Source: Macrostomum lignano | Taxonomy: Eukaryota | DNA: 64,000 bases | Assembly: GCA_002269645.1 (NCBI GenBank) | Contig: NIVC01002554.1 | Span: 34,424 to 98,423, forward strand | Direction: 5' to 3' | Shown: positions 28,843 to 41,845 of the stretch, in pieces | Position numbering within the stretch: the stretch's first letter is position 1 | How the letters are laid out: every line of letters begins with the position of its first letter | The notes under the pieces: model-generated | The model's input: the letters and a program-made list of their open reading frames with translations, nothing else | Databases searched by the model: none | Told to the model about the DNA's origin: nothing | Position numbers and translations under genes: made by a program

Positions 28843-29908
28843 ATCTGACTCTCAGCCAATCTATCGGACTCTCACGCAATCTATCTGACTCTCACCTAAT
28901 CTATCAGACTCTCACAGAATTTATCTGACTCTCACCCAATCTATCAGACTCTCACCCAATCTATCGGACTCTCACCCAAACTATCGGACTCTCACCCAAT
29001 CTATCGAACTCTCAACCAATCTATCGGACTCTCACCCAATTTATCGGACTCTCACCCAATCTATCGGACTCTCATCCTCTCAAATCTATCTGACTCTCAC
29101 CCAATCTATCGACTCTCACCAATCTATCGACTCTCACCCAATCTATCAGACTCTCACCCAATCTATCGACTCTCATCCAATCTATCGACTCTCACCAATC
29201 TATCGGACTCTCACGTAAACTATCAGACTCTCACCCAATCTATCAGAATCTCACCCAATCTATCTGACTCTCATCCAATCTACCAGACTCTCATCCAATC
29301 TATCTGACTCTGACCCAATCTATCAGACACTCACACCAAACTATCGGACTCTAACCCAATCTATCGACTCTCAACCAAACTATCAGACTCTCACCCAATC
29401 TATCAGACTCTCACCCAATCTATCAGACTCTCACCCAATCTATCGACTCTCACCCAATCTACGACTCTCATCCAATCTGTCTGACTCTCACCCAATCTAT
29501 CAGACTCTCACCCAAACTATCGGACTCTCACCCAATCTATCGGACTCTCACCCAATCTATCAGACACTCACCTAATCTATCTGACTCTCACCCAATCTAC
29601 CAGACTCTCATCCAATCTGTCTGACTCTCACCCAATCTATCAGACTCTCACCCAAACTATCGGACTCTCACCCAATCTATCGGACTCTCACCCAATCTAT
29701 CAGACACTCACACCCAATCTATCGGACTCTCACCCAATCTATCGGACTCTCACCCAATCTATCAGACTCTCACCCAATCTATCTGACTCTCACCCAATCT
29801 ACCAGACTCTCATCCAATCTGTCTGACTCTCACCCAATCTATCAGACTCTCACCCAAACTATCGGACTCTCACCCAATCTATCGGACTCACACCCAATCT
29901 ATCAGACT
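28843..29908. repeat. ~21-bp minisatellite CTCTCACCCAATCTATCAGA
   Basis: Direct reading. Confidence 0.95.
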
Positions 29909-30356
29909 TTGTATTAAGCATGAAAATCAGATTCTAGTGTGCGACCATTTCGAGTTTGAAATGACTCAAACAAAAAATAATGCAATAACAAACTAAAATC
30001 ATGTTTTACTTGAACAAACGAGCGAAATAGCACTAAGCCTTTAATTATTAATCATTTCTTATATTTCCATTTTAGACAGTACAGAACAGTCGGTTTAAGA
30101 TTACAAAGACGGCAAATAAGAAAGTAAACACAAGTACTTGCTTTATCGCTGGATAGCCACATAGTTTCATTAGCGTTTTAAAGCCTAAAGGGGCAAACTA
30201 GATTACTAGTAGTAGTATTTTTTATCAGACGTTAGCGGGCGCTGAGACGCAGGAAAACCTTCTAGTTGGGCTGAATAAGTAAATTGGGATAAACTAAAGC
30301 ATAGCATAGAACAATATTGATGCTTCAGACAAGAGTTCCGCCGGGCTCCGTCCCGG

Positions 30357-31456
30357 TCACTCAGCAGCCACCGGGTTGTACTGATAGTGCAGATTGGCCG
30401 TGTCGTAATTGCCGATGAACTTCCAGCCGTCGGGTTTCACCAGGTACAGGTTGTTGCTGTTGCCGCTGCCGATGTCGCGGTAGGTGGCATGGTAGATGGC
30501 CCGCCTGCCCAGCTCCAGGGCCTCATCGTCGGTCATGTCCCAGCGGTAGCAGGTGTCCAACACTCCGTAGGCGTAGGTGGAGCCGGAGCCCACGGCGAAC
30601 AGGTTGCCGGAGTGCCTGGTGCCGTCATCGTCAACATAGTAGAGGCCTGGGCCTTTCTTGTCCCAGCCGACAATCATGGTGCCGATGCTGAGGCCGTAGC
30701 CTTTGTAGTTGTACAGAATATTCGCCAGCAGCTTGGAGGCGGCGGCAACGCTGATGCGCTCCTGCGTGCGTGGGACAGGTGCAAAATATGCTCGATGAAG
30801 ACGGTACTTGGAAAGAATCATCCCTGAGGCGCTACAGGTGACATACGTAAAATTGGAAAGAAGCTTGAGATGACTTTAAAACCACGAGATGTCACGGTAA
30901 AAGTCGCCAAAAATCGTCAAAGAGTCGCCTAAGAGTCACTTTGTTATTGCCTGCGACTTGGAAAAACACAATCAGGGTAGCGTATTGAACGGCTATTCTC
31001 AACTGAGGTCATTTTTCGGTTAGCTAAATTTAACTATTAACCGCAACAAGTGCGCAACCTATTTTGCTCTCACTTAGAAAAATTCAATTCAAATTTGTCA
31101 TGACTCTTTAGATAGACGAGTGGCTGCAACTTACAGATCTAGCACAGGTGAAAGATCTGGGTGCCCAAGCTGCTCACCTTATTTCGCAGCTCATACAGCC
31201 AGCACTCCTGGCTGAGCACTCGCTGCCAGAACTGGCAGTCCGCAGCGCCACCAGCCATTGTGCCCAGCAAGAACGGGTTGATCTCGATCACTTTCTTCAC
31301 AGTGCCTGAGGCGATGTAGGCACCAGCTGAGGCGCGACTGTCAACAGACACCACAATGCCATTGGAGTATTTGAAGGCCAGACAGGTGGTGCCGTGGTTG
31401 AAGTTGATGCGCAAGTTGCCACTCTGCAGTCCGTGCTTGACTGGCTGAAGGCAGCT
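30357..31456 (-). CDS. PSMB5: 20S proteasome subunit beta type-5 (chymotrypsin-like), divergent; exons 31456-31178 and 30761-30357; initiator exon not located
   Basis: [10 protein letters not shown]...VDSRASAG...[24 protein letters not shown]...LRNK|[12 protein letters not shown]...GSGSTYAYG; Thr1, Asp17 and Lys33 intact. Confidence 0.93.
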
Positions 31457-32047
31457 CTGTTGGTAATTGATAGCAAATTAATTCATCAATTTTAAATCAA
31501 CAAAACTACTATAAGTACTGAGTTTCTTTTGGTATTGAACAGTACCATATGTCAGTTGGTACAGTGTCAAGAAATATGTTAACCAGTGCAATATCTTTGG
31601 TTTTTCAATTCACTTAGCAGATCAATAGAACTTTATTATGGGTAGTCCTGCATTCAGTCATTAACAAATTAATTATATAGTTTGGGCTTATTTATCAAAA
31701 AATGAATTAGATTTAGGGTTATTAATGAATAAATTAATTCTAAACTTGGGCTTGGGCAAATTAGTTATGGTCATAGACTTGGTTCATAGATTTTTACTTG
31801 CATTTATGCAACAATTTATTGTGAAAGTTAATGAAGATTATATTTAGGCTCTAATCAATTTTTTTAATGCATTTTATTTTTTTTAGGTATATAGATGACT
31901 TAGATGCAAGTTGTTTGTCTAATTTCTCAGTAATATGCTAAAAAAGTAATCAACCACTTATTAAAAAGCTCAGAGCATTTAGACTAAAAACCCTATACTA
32001 ATTAGATACTCTAAGAATAAAAAACCAACAATTAACATTTGTAAGTC

Positions 32048-32079
32048 GACGTGTTTCGCACTCCATTGTGCATCTTCAG
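32048..32079 (-). ncRNA. Minimal hammerhead-ribozyme-like motif in the Penelope pLTR region, probably degenerate
   Basis: Minus strand CTGAAGA-T-GCAC-AATGGA-GTGC-GAAAC-AC-GTC: CUGANGA core, stem II, GAAA, GUC triplet; stem I pairs poorly. Confidence 0.55.
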
Positions 32080-33157
32080 GTTTATTCTATTAGAATGAAA
32101 AAAACTGAGGCTAACGATGATAAATATTTGTGTGATGCAGAAAAATTGATGAGTAATTAATTATTCTATACAATAAATTTGTCTAAACATCAATAGGCAG
32201 GTCAGGGGAAGAATTTTTGGCAGAACAGTGCAGTCCATAGTTGGCATTCTCTCTCAAAACTTAAAAAAACACAGAGAACATGGCCCACGCCACCATGTTG
32301 GAGCTGAGTGTTGAGGTTGGGGGACAAAGCTTTTGTGTGCATGGCCTCAAGAATCTTAAGTTAATAATCAGATGTACATTGGTCAATAATTATAAAGCAT
32401 TCATTAGGAATGCTATTGGAGCAGCTATTGCATTCTAAGAGGTAGGCTTGAATGGCCAATGGTTTGAGCCAGTGCTCTCTGGTTCTGGTATGCAAGTGTC
32501 TTTTTGTTTTCCCCACATAGGAGACACTCTGGTTACCAAAGCAGTTGAAACAGTAGACAACACCTGCATGCAGAGCACATGGCATATGTGACTTCAAATG
32601 GCCAACAAAATCACTAATTTTGGATGAACAAAAGATGATACAGATTTTAATTTTCTATTCAGCATGTTGTTTAAAATGTTGCTGATTTTGCTTTTAAAGA
32701 TAAGAGATGGATAACCAAAGAAAGGAAAAAGTTCGGTTCATTGGGGTTGATGTTTTCAGCTTTAGTGGTTTGTTGTGGGTTGACTTTTTTGGTAATGAAT
32801 TTATTGATGTTGTAATGGATGAAGACAAGTGGGTAGCTATTTTGTTTGAGGTTTTGGTTAAGGTTTTGACTTCTTAGTTGAAGTTGATCCAGGTGTTGCA
32901 GACAGTAAAAGCTCTGTGAAGCAAACATCTGATCCAACCGGATTTCCACTGTCTACCCTATAGGAAAAGTTGTAAAACTGCCGACAGTGTCCAGCACACT
33001 TTTGAAACTTTTCTAAAGTGCAGTGCACACACAGGCGTGCAGCGCCTGCGCGCGCGGTGCCCCTCCCCGCTGGCTGCTGCTCAAGCAAATAAATATACAT
33101 GGAAGGGGGCCTAATACCTCTGTAGAAGGAGCCTATACACTTGCCATTTATAATACC

Positions 33158-33492
33158 TAGCGATGCTCCAAAATTTCAATTTCAATTTTCCAAAATTTGA
33201 AATTTTTAAGAGCAAATTTCTATTTTGAAAAAAAATCGGAAGTCAAAATTTTGAAAGTGTCTAAGTGGCTAAAAATAAACAGCGAGTAATTTCTGCTACA
33301 TATACATGTATTTTGTTTTGCATAAGCAGTAAATCAAAACATAAAAAGTAAGTGTTAGTCATATTAAACTTTGTTTTTCTGAATTTTGATTTTGGAAAAT
33401 TTCAAGTTCAATTTCAATTTCGGAAAGTTATCGAATTTTGATTTCGACAAATTGAAATGGACAATTTTGTCAATTGCAATGGAACATCTCTA
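33158..33492. mobile_element. hAT-like MITE inserted in the Penelope element
   Basis: TIRs TAGCGATGCTCCA / TGGAACATCTCTA; 8-bp flanks ATAATACC / ATAATGCT. Confidence 0.55.
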
Positions 33493-34711
33493 ATAATGCT
33501 AAAGCGCAGTAAAATAATTTGACTCTACTCTAAAGCGCGCGTCCGCGGGTTTTAAACTTTTATTCCAATAGGGACTGTCTAGGGCACAATGCTTGATAGT
33601 TGAGAATGAGATTGGTAGTAGAGAGATTACCATTGTTGAAATCAATTTCGATGTCAAGGAATAGAAGTTTTTGGTCAGGAGTGGTCTCAATGGGAAATTT
33701 GATGTTTTCATGTCTGGAGTTAAGAGTATCAAAGAAACAGTCTAGTTTGTTTTTGCAATCAAGGATGGCAAAAGTGTTATTGACATTATGTCTATAGAAT
33801 TTTGGGGCAGTTGAGGGATCACCAGGGGTTGGTTTCCAAATGGGTCATGTAAACATTAGCAAGAGTAGGGGCAAATGGACTTCAAACTCAAATTTGTAAC
33901 TTGTAATTTGTAAATCGTAGTCCAATGGAATTAGAAACCATAAATAAAATGAAAAAGACAAAAGCAAATTAACTTTTACTTTTTTAGAGATGGAAATCTT
34001 TAAATAAATAAATAGTAAGTGGTGTATAATGTTTCTTGTTTTTTATTTTGTTTTAACATTTCTTTCAAAAAACTTAATTTTTAATAGTTCTTACCTGTTC
34101 AACAGATAAATATTGTCCATGCCAAACATCTATGCCAGACACCAATACGCCGGCACAGTGGTGCACAATTGGCGTAGCTGTTGTTACGCCGGACATTATA
34201 CACCAAGCACATTTTCAGGTCTGTTGTACATCAGAATTTTTTGGCATATATGTAAGATTCGAGAGTAGGGGCTCGCAATAATTGTTTTTGAACATGAGAA
34301 TTCCTAAGGTTGCTAATTCAAAGAGTTTTTTAGGGAGGCCTTAGGTATGGATTTGATCACTGGGTTTCCTTTGTACATGAGGTCAGTGGCTAAGTCAATA
34401 GCAAGTTTGAAGGAAATTTTGGTAAAGAGAGAAGTAGCATAAAAGCTGCAAAGAATGTCCAAATTCTTAATGTCAGAGCAGGAATTCAAGATCATTAAAA
34501 AAGTCTTAGTCTATAGAGACAGGCCTAGCCACAAAATGTTTTTGAACTTTGAGTGTTACTTTTATTGTGCAAAACATAAAACTAAAAAGCATGATTTTAA
34601 TACTAAATTACTGGCTTCCTCAAAAAATATTTATTTTAAAAAATTTGAACTAAAACTTTAGTGATTTTGTGTCATATTTTTGTTTGGGCATACACCTAGC
34701 ATAATCTAGAC

Positions 34712-36106
34712 CAGGGGTTGGCAACCTCCAACTTACAGGCCAGATCCAGCCCGCAGACTTTCTATGCGGCTTGCAAACTTCCTTAATCTTAATTAGTACA
34801 ATCCAGCCTGCACCTTTATTGTAACTTCATTGTTTCTCCCACAGAAGTTTTGTGTACTAAAATGGGGAATTTCTTTCCTCAATTGCTAACTTTAATGATC
34901 AATTAGTGATGAGACACAAACTGATCATGTAAGTGGCTGTTTACAAACTCTGGAAGACAGATAGCACATCAGTTCAAACTTTGGAATAGAATATAAATAG
35001 AGGAACTGGTGGCAAAAGAAAGTGAGGTGGTAGCAGGCCAACAATGGAAGTACAAATGTAGTAATTTAGTAAAGACCCAGGGGCATATTCTGGAGGGTAA
35101 AGACCTAGGGGGCAGATTCTAGAGGGTAAAAATCAGGGGGCAGATTCTGGAGGGTAAAGACCCAGGAGGCAAATTCTGGAGGGTAAAGACCTAGTGGGGC
35201 AGATACTGAAGGGTAAAGACCCAGGGGGTTGATTTTGGAGGGTGAAAAAACCAGGGGGCAGATTCTAGAGAGTAAAGAAAGACCCAAGGGGTGAAGTAAT
35301 TGGGGTGACCTATGGCCAGTGGTCTTGAACTGAAAACCTTATCTGGCCTTCAAGTGAAAAAAGATTGCCGACCCCACGAGTATAACTTTGGCCGTCAACT
35401 TTTCCATTAAATTTTCTGTTAACTATTCTGTCAACTTTTCGTGTTAGTAGGATAAATAACTTTATCTGTCAACTATTCCGTCAAGTATTCCGATAATTTT
35501 TTCGTTAACTCTTCCGTCAACATTTCCGTTTACTATTTCGTTAACTTTTCCGCGAAATATCTCATCACTTTTCCGTTAAATATTTCATCAACATTTATGC
35601 AAGTCCGTAAAATATATTCTATCAATTTTTTTGTGTACTCTGAATGGAAAGTGTTAATTTTTTGCATAAGTGCAGTTTCCTTAGCAATATTTTATACATG
35701 CTTTAAATTTGTTGAGAGTATACACATGTACATGTATAAACTCTAAATAAAAAACACATGCAAAAATTTCCAGCGCGACATTTTCCAGAATTTAATTGGT
35801 ATTGCTATACTACCTGCACTTGTTCATTGATTTATCTTTGTAAAATGAAGCACTGGTACTAGGGAAAATGGAAAAAATGTACATTGTTACTAACGCAGGC
35901 TTGTTTTTTCATTGATATATATAAGCATGCAAACACAATAAATGATCAAAGAGCTACTCACATGATGATCCTATTTGAGAAAGTCACATATGTTTTTCAG
36001 AACAATAAATTGTTGACGGAAAAGTTGACAGAAAAGTTGACGGAAAAGTTAATGGAAAAGTTAACGGAAAAGTTGACGGCCAAAGTTATACTTGTACCGA
36101 CCCCTG
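34712..36106. mobile_element. Non-autonomous hAT (Charlie-like) element whose right TIR is interrupted by a nested element; contains a ~30-bp internal minisatellite at 35075-35290
   Basis: CAGGGGTTGGCAAC left end, ...GATTGCCGACCCC[insert]TG right end; 8-bp flanks ATCTAGAC / ATTCAGAC, close to the NTCTAGAN target. Confidence 0.7.
35376..36095. mobile_element. 720-bp TIR element (probable 9-bp TSD, Mutator-like) nested in the hAT TIR
   Basis: 29-bp TIRs ACGAGTATAACTTTGGCCGTCAACTTTTC / GAAAAGTTGACGGCCAAAGTTATACTTGT; TSD GCCGACCCC / ACCGACCCC; 12-bp subterminal repeats. Confidence 0.8.
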
Positions 36107-36489
36107 ATTCAGACTATGGGAAATACTATACTCTATAATCTAGATTATGTTAAGTGCATGAGTCAATAAAAATTGAATAATTATAAATGTATGCCAAGTT
36201 TTTAAATACATTGCTTACACTTTCAACTTTTGCCAAATTATGCCAATGTTGCAACCATAAATGACCTTTTTGGGTTGCATAAAGGACCTTTTCGGCTAAT
36301 AATTTGGTTGATTTTTTTGCTTTTGTGCTTATATTATTTATAGCAGAAAATTGCTACAAACAAAGATTTTTTTCAAATGCCTTATTATTTAGCTTAAGCT
36401 TATAAGCTTATTAGCTTAAAAAAACTAGAAAGCTTATAATTAAGGCTTAAAAGAAACTTTTTTCTAATATAAACTTTTCAGTCTTCTAA

Positions 36490-36700
36490 TATATCTAGAG
36501 TAGCAACCCCCCCTCCACCGGCCCTGTCTGTCTGTGGGTATGTAACAGGTTATCTCCCAAAAGGCTCAACCGATTTTCTCCGTTTCTTCGCCAAAAGATG
36601 TCAAATGTGCCCGGGACGGTACATGTAATTTTATTAAGCTCTAGCTCAATGCTAAGGGGATTAAATATTCGAAAAACTGTTTAAATGGCCTTTTTAGTGT
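36490..36700 (-). mobile_element. Helitron/Helentron-type non-autonomous (HINE/DINE-like) fragment; limits uncertain
   Basis: AAAATCGGTTGAGCC followed by ACAGACAGAC on the minus strand; the same 15-mer occurs at ~60067. Confidence 0.35.
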
Positions 36701-37773
36701 ATTTTTTTATCAGCCTGCGCGCAGCGAGAAACTTCACAGCCAATTTTAATGATTGCGCCAGAGCCAACTGATAAGAAAATTCACTTTGCCCCACTGTCCA
36801 GATAATTACTCTATTTAACTTGCGTAACCAATTAAGGGGGGGGGGGTATAATAAAAATTCTGGATGCTTCCAATATACTAAAAATCAAAACTATGTACCT
36901 ATAGGAACCTTCGTGTAACTTGGCTCTACATGGTCGGAATTTCGCGGGGTTTTCTGCATTCGATGTGTATTGATGGCGCGCTGGTACACGAAATTTTGCT
37001 AAGAAATTGCTTCATTTTTTCGGGCTTAAATATTCGAAAAACTCGATTTTTGCCCCGCATTTTTAAGTTCAAACAGTTCTTTCCAATTGAGAAGCATTCT
37101 GACTGCCGATGGAATTGTATTGCATCATAACTCAGTGCCAACTATAGCATTGGTTCTCTACACTGGCATAGAGAGCTATAAGCATTGAAAGGTTGCGCAA
37201 CACCTTTTAGTTATTGAATTGAGGGGCGGGTATTGCCATTCAATGAGTCCCGGGCATTGGCTTGGTTGTGAATTTCAATGCATCAACTGCAGGCCTCTCA
37301 CTGTAGCTGGCGCTGAATGTACACCTTTAGGAATTTGACTGCTTTAAAGCAGGAATATCAAACCGTTGTTTTTGCTTCGAGTTTTTCACTTTCAGAAGAG
37401 AGCCTTGTATTGCTGGAAAGAGCTAGAAACGCTGAGTTCGAGAATATAATCTGTTTGCTGAGATTTGAAAAATTAAAAGCACAGCATAAAAAAGAAATTT
37501 CTATACTTTTTACTCTATATTCTCATTGTACGCTCTCTCATATCGCAAACCCCTATTTATCGCAACTCCACTATTCAAGCCAGCGCCATTAGATCTAAAT
37601 TTAGATTGCGTAACCATATTGTTGACTTTAATTGTTGACTTTATTAATTGAAACTGATATTGACTGCCTGAGAAATTGATTACGTCGTAACTGCTTCGAG
37701 TGATTTCTACTCTATGCTGGGAGTTTTCAAAGTGTTGAAATATATAAGTGCTACAATTCATGTTATCAAAACG

Positions 37774-37833
37774 ATGAGAGCTAGCCTAGAGGTAAACAGA
37801 CTGAACTGCTAATGCAGCAACGTGGGTTCGAAT
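37774..37833 (+). other. tRNA-derived (SINE-like) Pol III head, copy 1
   Basis: A-box-like TAGCCTAGAGG, anticodon-arm-like CTGAA-CTGCTAA-TGCAG, B-box GGTTCGAAT; the 3' T-stem and acceptor stem are missing. Confidence 0.65.
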
Positions 37834-38049
37834 TTTTAGAGTGTTGAAGTTTTTTATTAAAAAAATTAATTTCAAGAAAGCTAAAGGAATCTTAAAAATG
37901 TCAAGTAAATCAGGTAAAAGAGAAGAAGCTACGAGCGTTCATGTAGTATAATCAAAAATTTTATTCAACTTTAAATTTTGAAAAGTTTTAAAAAGGACTA
38001 TTCTAATAGATAAGAAATTAATTATTGTAATAGCTGACGAAATTGTTTC

Positions 38050-40740
38050 ACAATCTTGCTGGGGGTACTTTCTATCAGGGGATGCTTGCTATCGGAAGGA
38101 CGCTTGCTTTTGGGAATGCTTGCTCGGGGGAGATTGCTAACTGGGGGAATCACTGAGATGTCAAGGCTTGGTGGGGAAATTCCTGAGATGTCAAGTCTTA
38201 GAGGGGGGAGGGAATTGCTGAGATGTCAAGGCTTAGAGGGGGGAGGGAATTGCTGAGATGTCAAGGCTTAGAGGGGGGAGGGAATTGCTGAGATAGCAAG
38301 GCTTAACAGGGACTTGCTGAGATACCAAGGCTTGGTGGGGAAATTCCTGAGATGTCAAGTCTTGGTGGGGAAATTCCTGAGATGTCAAGTCTTGGGGGGG
38401 GGAGAATTGCTGAGATGCCAAGGCTAAAGAGGGACTTGCTGAGATGCCAAGGCTTAAGAGGGACTTGCTGAGATGTCAAGGCTTAAGAGGGACTTGCTGA
38501 GATGCCAAGGCTTAAGAGGGACTTGCTGAGATGCCAAGGCTTAAGAGGGACTTGCTGAGATGCCAAGGCTTGGTGGGGAAATTCCTGAGATGTCAAGTCT
38601 TAGGGGGGGGAATTGCTGAGATGTCAAATGCTTAGAGGGACTTGCCGAGATGTCAAGACGTAAGACGGAATTGCTGAGATTTCAAGGCTTGGGGGGGAAT
38701 TACTGAGATGCCAAGGCTTGAGGGCGAATTGCTGAGATGTGAAGGCTTGGGGGAATTTCCGAGATGTCAATGCTTGGTGGGGAAATTCCTGAGATGTCAA
38801 GTCTTAGAAGGGGGAAATCTGTGAGATATCAAGTCTAAGGGGGGAATTGCTGAGATGTGAAGGCTTGGGGGAATTTCTGAGATGTCAAAATCTTAGGGAA
38901 GGGAATTGCAGAGATTTCAAGTCCTGAGGGCGAATTGCTGAGATGTCATGTCTTTGGGGGGAATTCTATGGATTGGGGATTCTTTGAATGAGGGAGGGTG
39001 CTACTAATATATATCTTTGGATAGTGATTCATTGGGGAATTCCTTCATTGGGGGATTACTAAATTGATGAAGGGTTCTTTGAATGGGGGATTCTTTAGCT
39101 GAAGGCTTCTTTCTATAGAGTGATCATTTGTATATGAGATTATTTGGGGGGGATTCTTTATGAGGGGATTCTTTGGATGGGGAGTATTTCGACGGTGGTT
39201 CTTTAGATGAGGGGATTCTTTGGCCAATGATTCTTTTGATGGGGGATTATTTGAATGGGAGATTCTTAAGAGGGGGATTCTTTGGATAGGGGTGGATGGG
39301 GGATTCTTTGAATAGGGATGGATGGGGGTTCTTTGGATAGGGATGGATCTGGGGTTCTTTGGATAGGGATGGATGGGGGGTTCTTTGGATGAGGGATTCT
39401 TTGAACGGAGATTCTGTGGAGGTCAAGTCTTAGGGGGGGGGGATTGCTGAGATGTCAACGCTTTTGACTAGGAGAAATTGCTAAGATGTCAAGATTTACT
39501 AGGGGGAATTACTGAGATATAAAGACTTACTGGGTGAATTACTGAGATGTCATTGCTTAATGGGAAATTCCTTAGATGTCAAGTCTTACAGAGGGGAATT
39601 GCTGAGATGGCAAGACTTACTTCGGAAATTACTGAGATATAAAGGCTTACTGGGGGAATTTCTGAGATGTCAAGGCGTGGGGGGAATTTCTGAGATGTCA
39701 AGACTTGAGACGGGGAGAAATTGCTAAGATGTCAAGTCTTAGGGGGGGGTAATTACTGAGATGTCAAGGCTTAAGGGTAATTTTTGAGATGTCAAGTCTT
39801 GGGGAGGGGAATTACTGAGATTTCAAGGCTTGGTAAGAATGATTCATTGGGAACTTCTTTCGATGGGGGATTCTTTCGATGAAGGGTTCTTCCGATAAAG
39901 GGATCTTTTGGATTGGATTGGATTTGGATTGTTTGGACGGAGATTATTTGCATGAGGGGATTCTTTAGATGGGGGTTATTTGGATGGGTGTTCTGTAGAT
40001 GAGGGGATTCTTTGGCCAAGGATTCTATTTGGATGGGAGATTCTTTGGATTCTTTGGATGGGGGGTTCTTTGGATTCTTTGGATGGGGTTTATGTTAATG
40101 GGGATTATTTGGATGTGGATTCTTTAGAGGGGGGTTTTCTGGAGGGGGATTCTTTGGATTCTTTGGATTGGATTATTTGGACGGGGGTTCTTTAGATGAG
40201 GGGATTATTTTGTCAATGATTTTTTAGATAAGGGATGATTTGGATTTCAGAATCTTTGGATTATTTAGATGGGGATTTTGTGGATGGGGATTATTTGGAT
40301 GTCGATTATTTAGATGGGGATTCTTTGGATAGGGATGGATTTGAGATTCTTTGGATGGGGATTCTGTGTATGGCGGATTCCTTGGATAGGAAATTCATTG
40401 GATGGGGATTCTTCGAATCAGGATTCTATCAATGGGGGGCTCTTTGAATGGAGGATTCTTTGGATATAGGATTCTTTGCATGTGAGATTCTATGGATGGG
40501 CGATTCATTGGATGGGGAATTCTTCAGATAGGAGGATTCCTTTAGTGGGGAATTGTGTGGATTGTGTGGAGTGGGGAATTGAGTGGATTCTATCGATGGA
40601 GGTTCTTTAGATGGCGGATTCTTTGGATAGTGAATTCTTTGCATGTGAGATTCTTTGCATCAGAGATTTTATAGATGGGGGATTTTTTGGATGAGGGATT
40701 CTTTGGATGTGGGATTCAGTGGGGTGAAATTTTATTGCGT
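38050..40740 (+). repeat. Composite minisatellite block: ~30-34 bp GAGATGTCAAGGCTT..GGGGAATTGCT units alternating with 15-16 bp GGGGATTCTTTGGAT units
   Basis: Direct reading; related units appear inverted at 54290-54720. Confidence 0.9.
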
Positions 40741-40851
40741 GGGAAAACTGTGATTGGAGTTTGGACGGAAAGCCCCAACGGGGGTTGGAATTGGCTAGTA
40801 TGATTCTATAAGGTGCACATGCCCACCCACCAAGTGTTTATACACATTATC

Positions 40852-41845
40852 GGACTTCTTCAAGTTTATGTTGATAAAATACTTCCGATTTTTTGATTTT
40901 TCTGAAACTTGTGGTGGAGACTTATAGGGCACCCAAAATTACAAAAATGCAAAAAAGTGTAGAATGTTACCTGTACGGTTGATGCAATGATGATTTACTT
41001 GATTCCCTATTCTCTTAATGAGGTTCGGTAAGAAAAAGTTTCTACAAATACATTTTTGAAAGTGTATCCATTTGACTTTTAATTTTATGGCACATGTGCT
41101 AGAACTTCATTAGGCCAATTAAAGATGAATATTAATATCTACAAATTAATATGCAAATGTTTTTTATGTTTGCAGATTATAGTTTTTCAATTCAAACGTT
41201 CAAAACTCGCACTTGTATTTTGCACCTCAAAACCAACTACTGTACAAGGCTAGATTACTAATTCTATTGTATTAAGGCAGTAACAACACTTAATTTCGGT
41301 AAGCAAATTCATTTAGATAAAGTTATGTTGATTCAAGTTTATGTTGATATAATTAAACAGAGATTCATTATCAAATAAATTCCAACTTGTTTCAACCCCC
41401 CCTATTAGAATTGGAATTTATCAACACAATCTTGAATAGGTCTCTATGCCTCTATTCAAGTTTATGTTGATAAAATCAATCCCTATAATATAAAGAATCT
41501 CCCCACCCTAAAAACCCCCCATTCCCCATGTCCCGGTGGTTGGTTTTAAGCTACAACCCCCCCCCCTATTAGAATTGGAATTTATCAGCACAATCTTGAA
41601 TAGGTCTCTATGCCTCTATTCAAGTTTATGTTGATAAAATCAATCCCCATGAAGAATCTCCCCACCCTAAAACCCCCCATTCCCCATGCCCCGGTGGTTG
41701 GTTTTAAGCTACATATAATTGGGTTAAAGCTACCTAAAAATGGAGTTCAAATTTGAAATCAACACCATCAAAAACCCCTATAGAGACAAAATTATGATCC
41801 TATCCAAATTGAAACTATTTTATCAACATAAACTTGAAGAAGTCC
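40852..41845. mobile_element. ~1-kb non-autonomous TIR element, Merlin-like (GG termini, 8-bp TSD)
   Basis: Perfect 30-bp TIR GGACTTCTTCAAGTTTATGTTGATAAAATA; perfect TSD ACATTATC at 40844-40851 and 41846-41853; internal TIR-like copies and a ~170-bp internal duplication. Confidence 0.85.

Larger units (their letters stand above)
31980..34500 (-). mobile_element. Fragmented, degenerate Penelope-like retroelement (RT + GIY-YIG + pLTR remnant)
   Basis: SFYATSLFTKI (34313-34495); PTLANVYMTHLE, NSRHENIKF and KLLFLDIEI (33500-33880); LKQNSYP..FI (32700-32950); VVYCFNC...YVGKTKRHLHTRTREH...LKILEAMH..ALSPTLNTQL (32290-32600). Confidence 0.85.

Noticed and set aside
37774-37833. Functional tRNA-Ser(GCT) genes at the four heads
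   Set aside because: No acceptor stem, no 3' T-stem and no long variable arm
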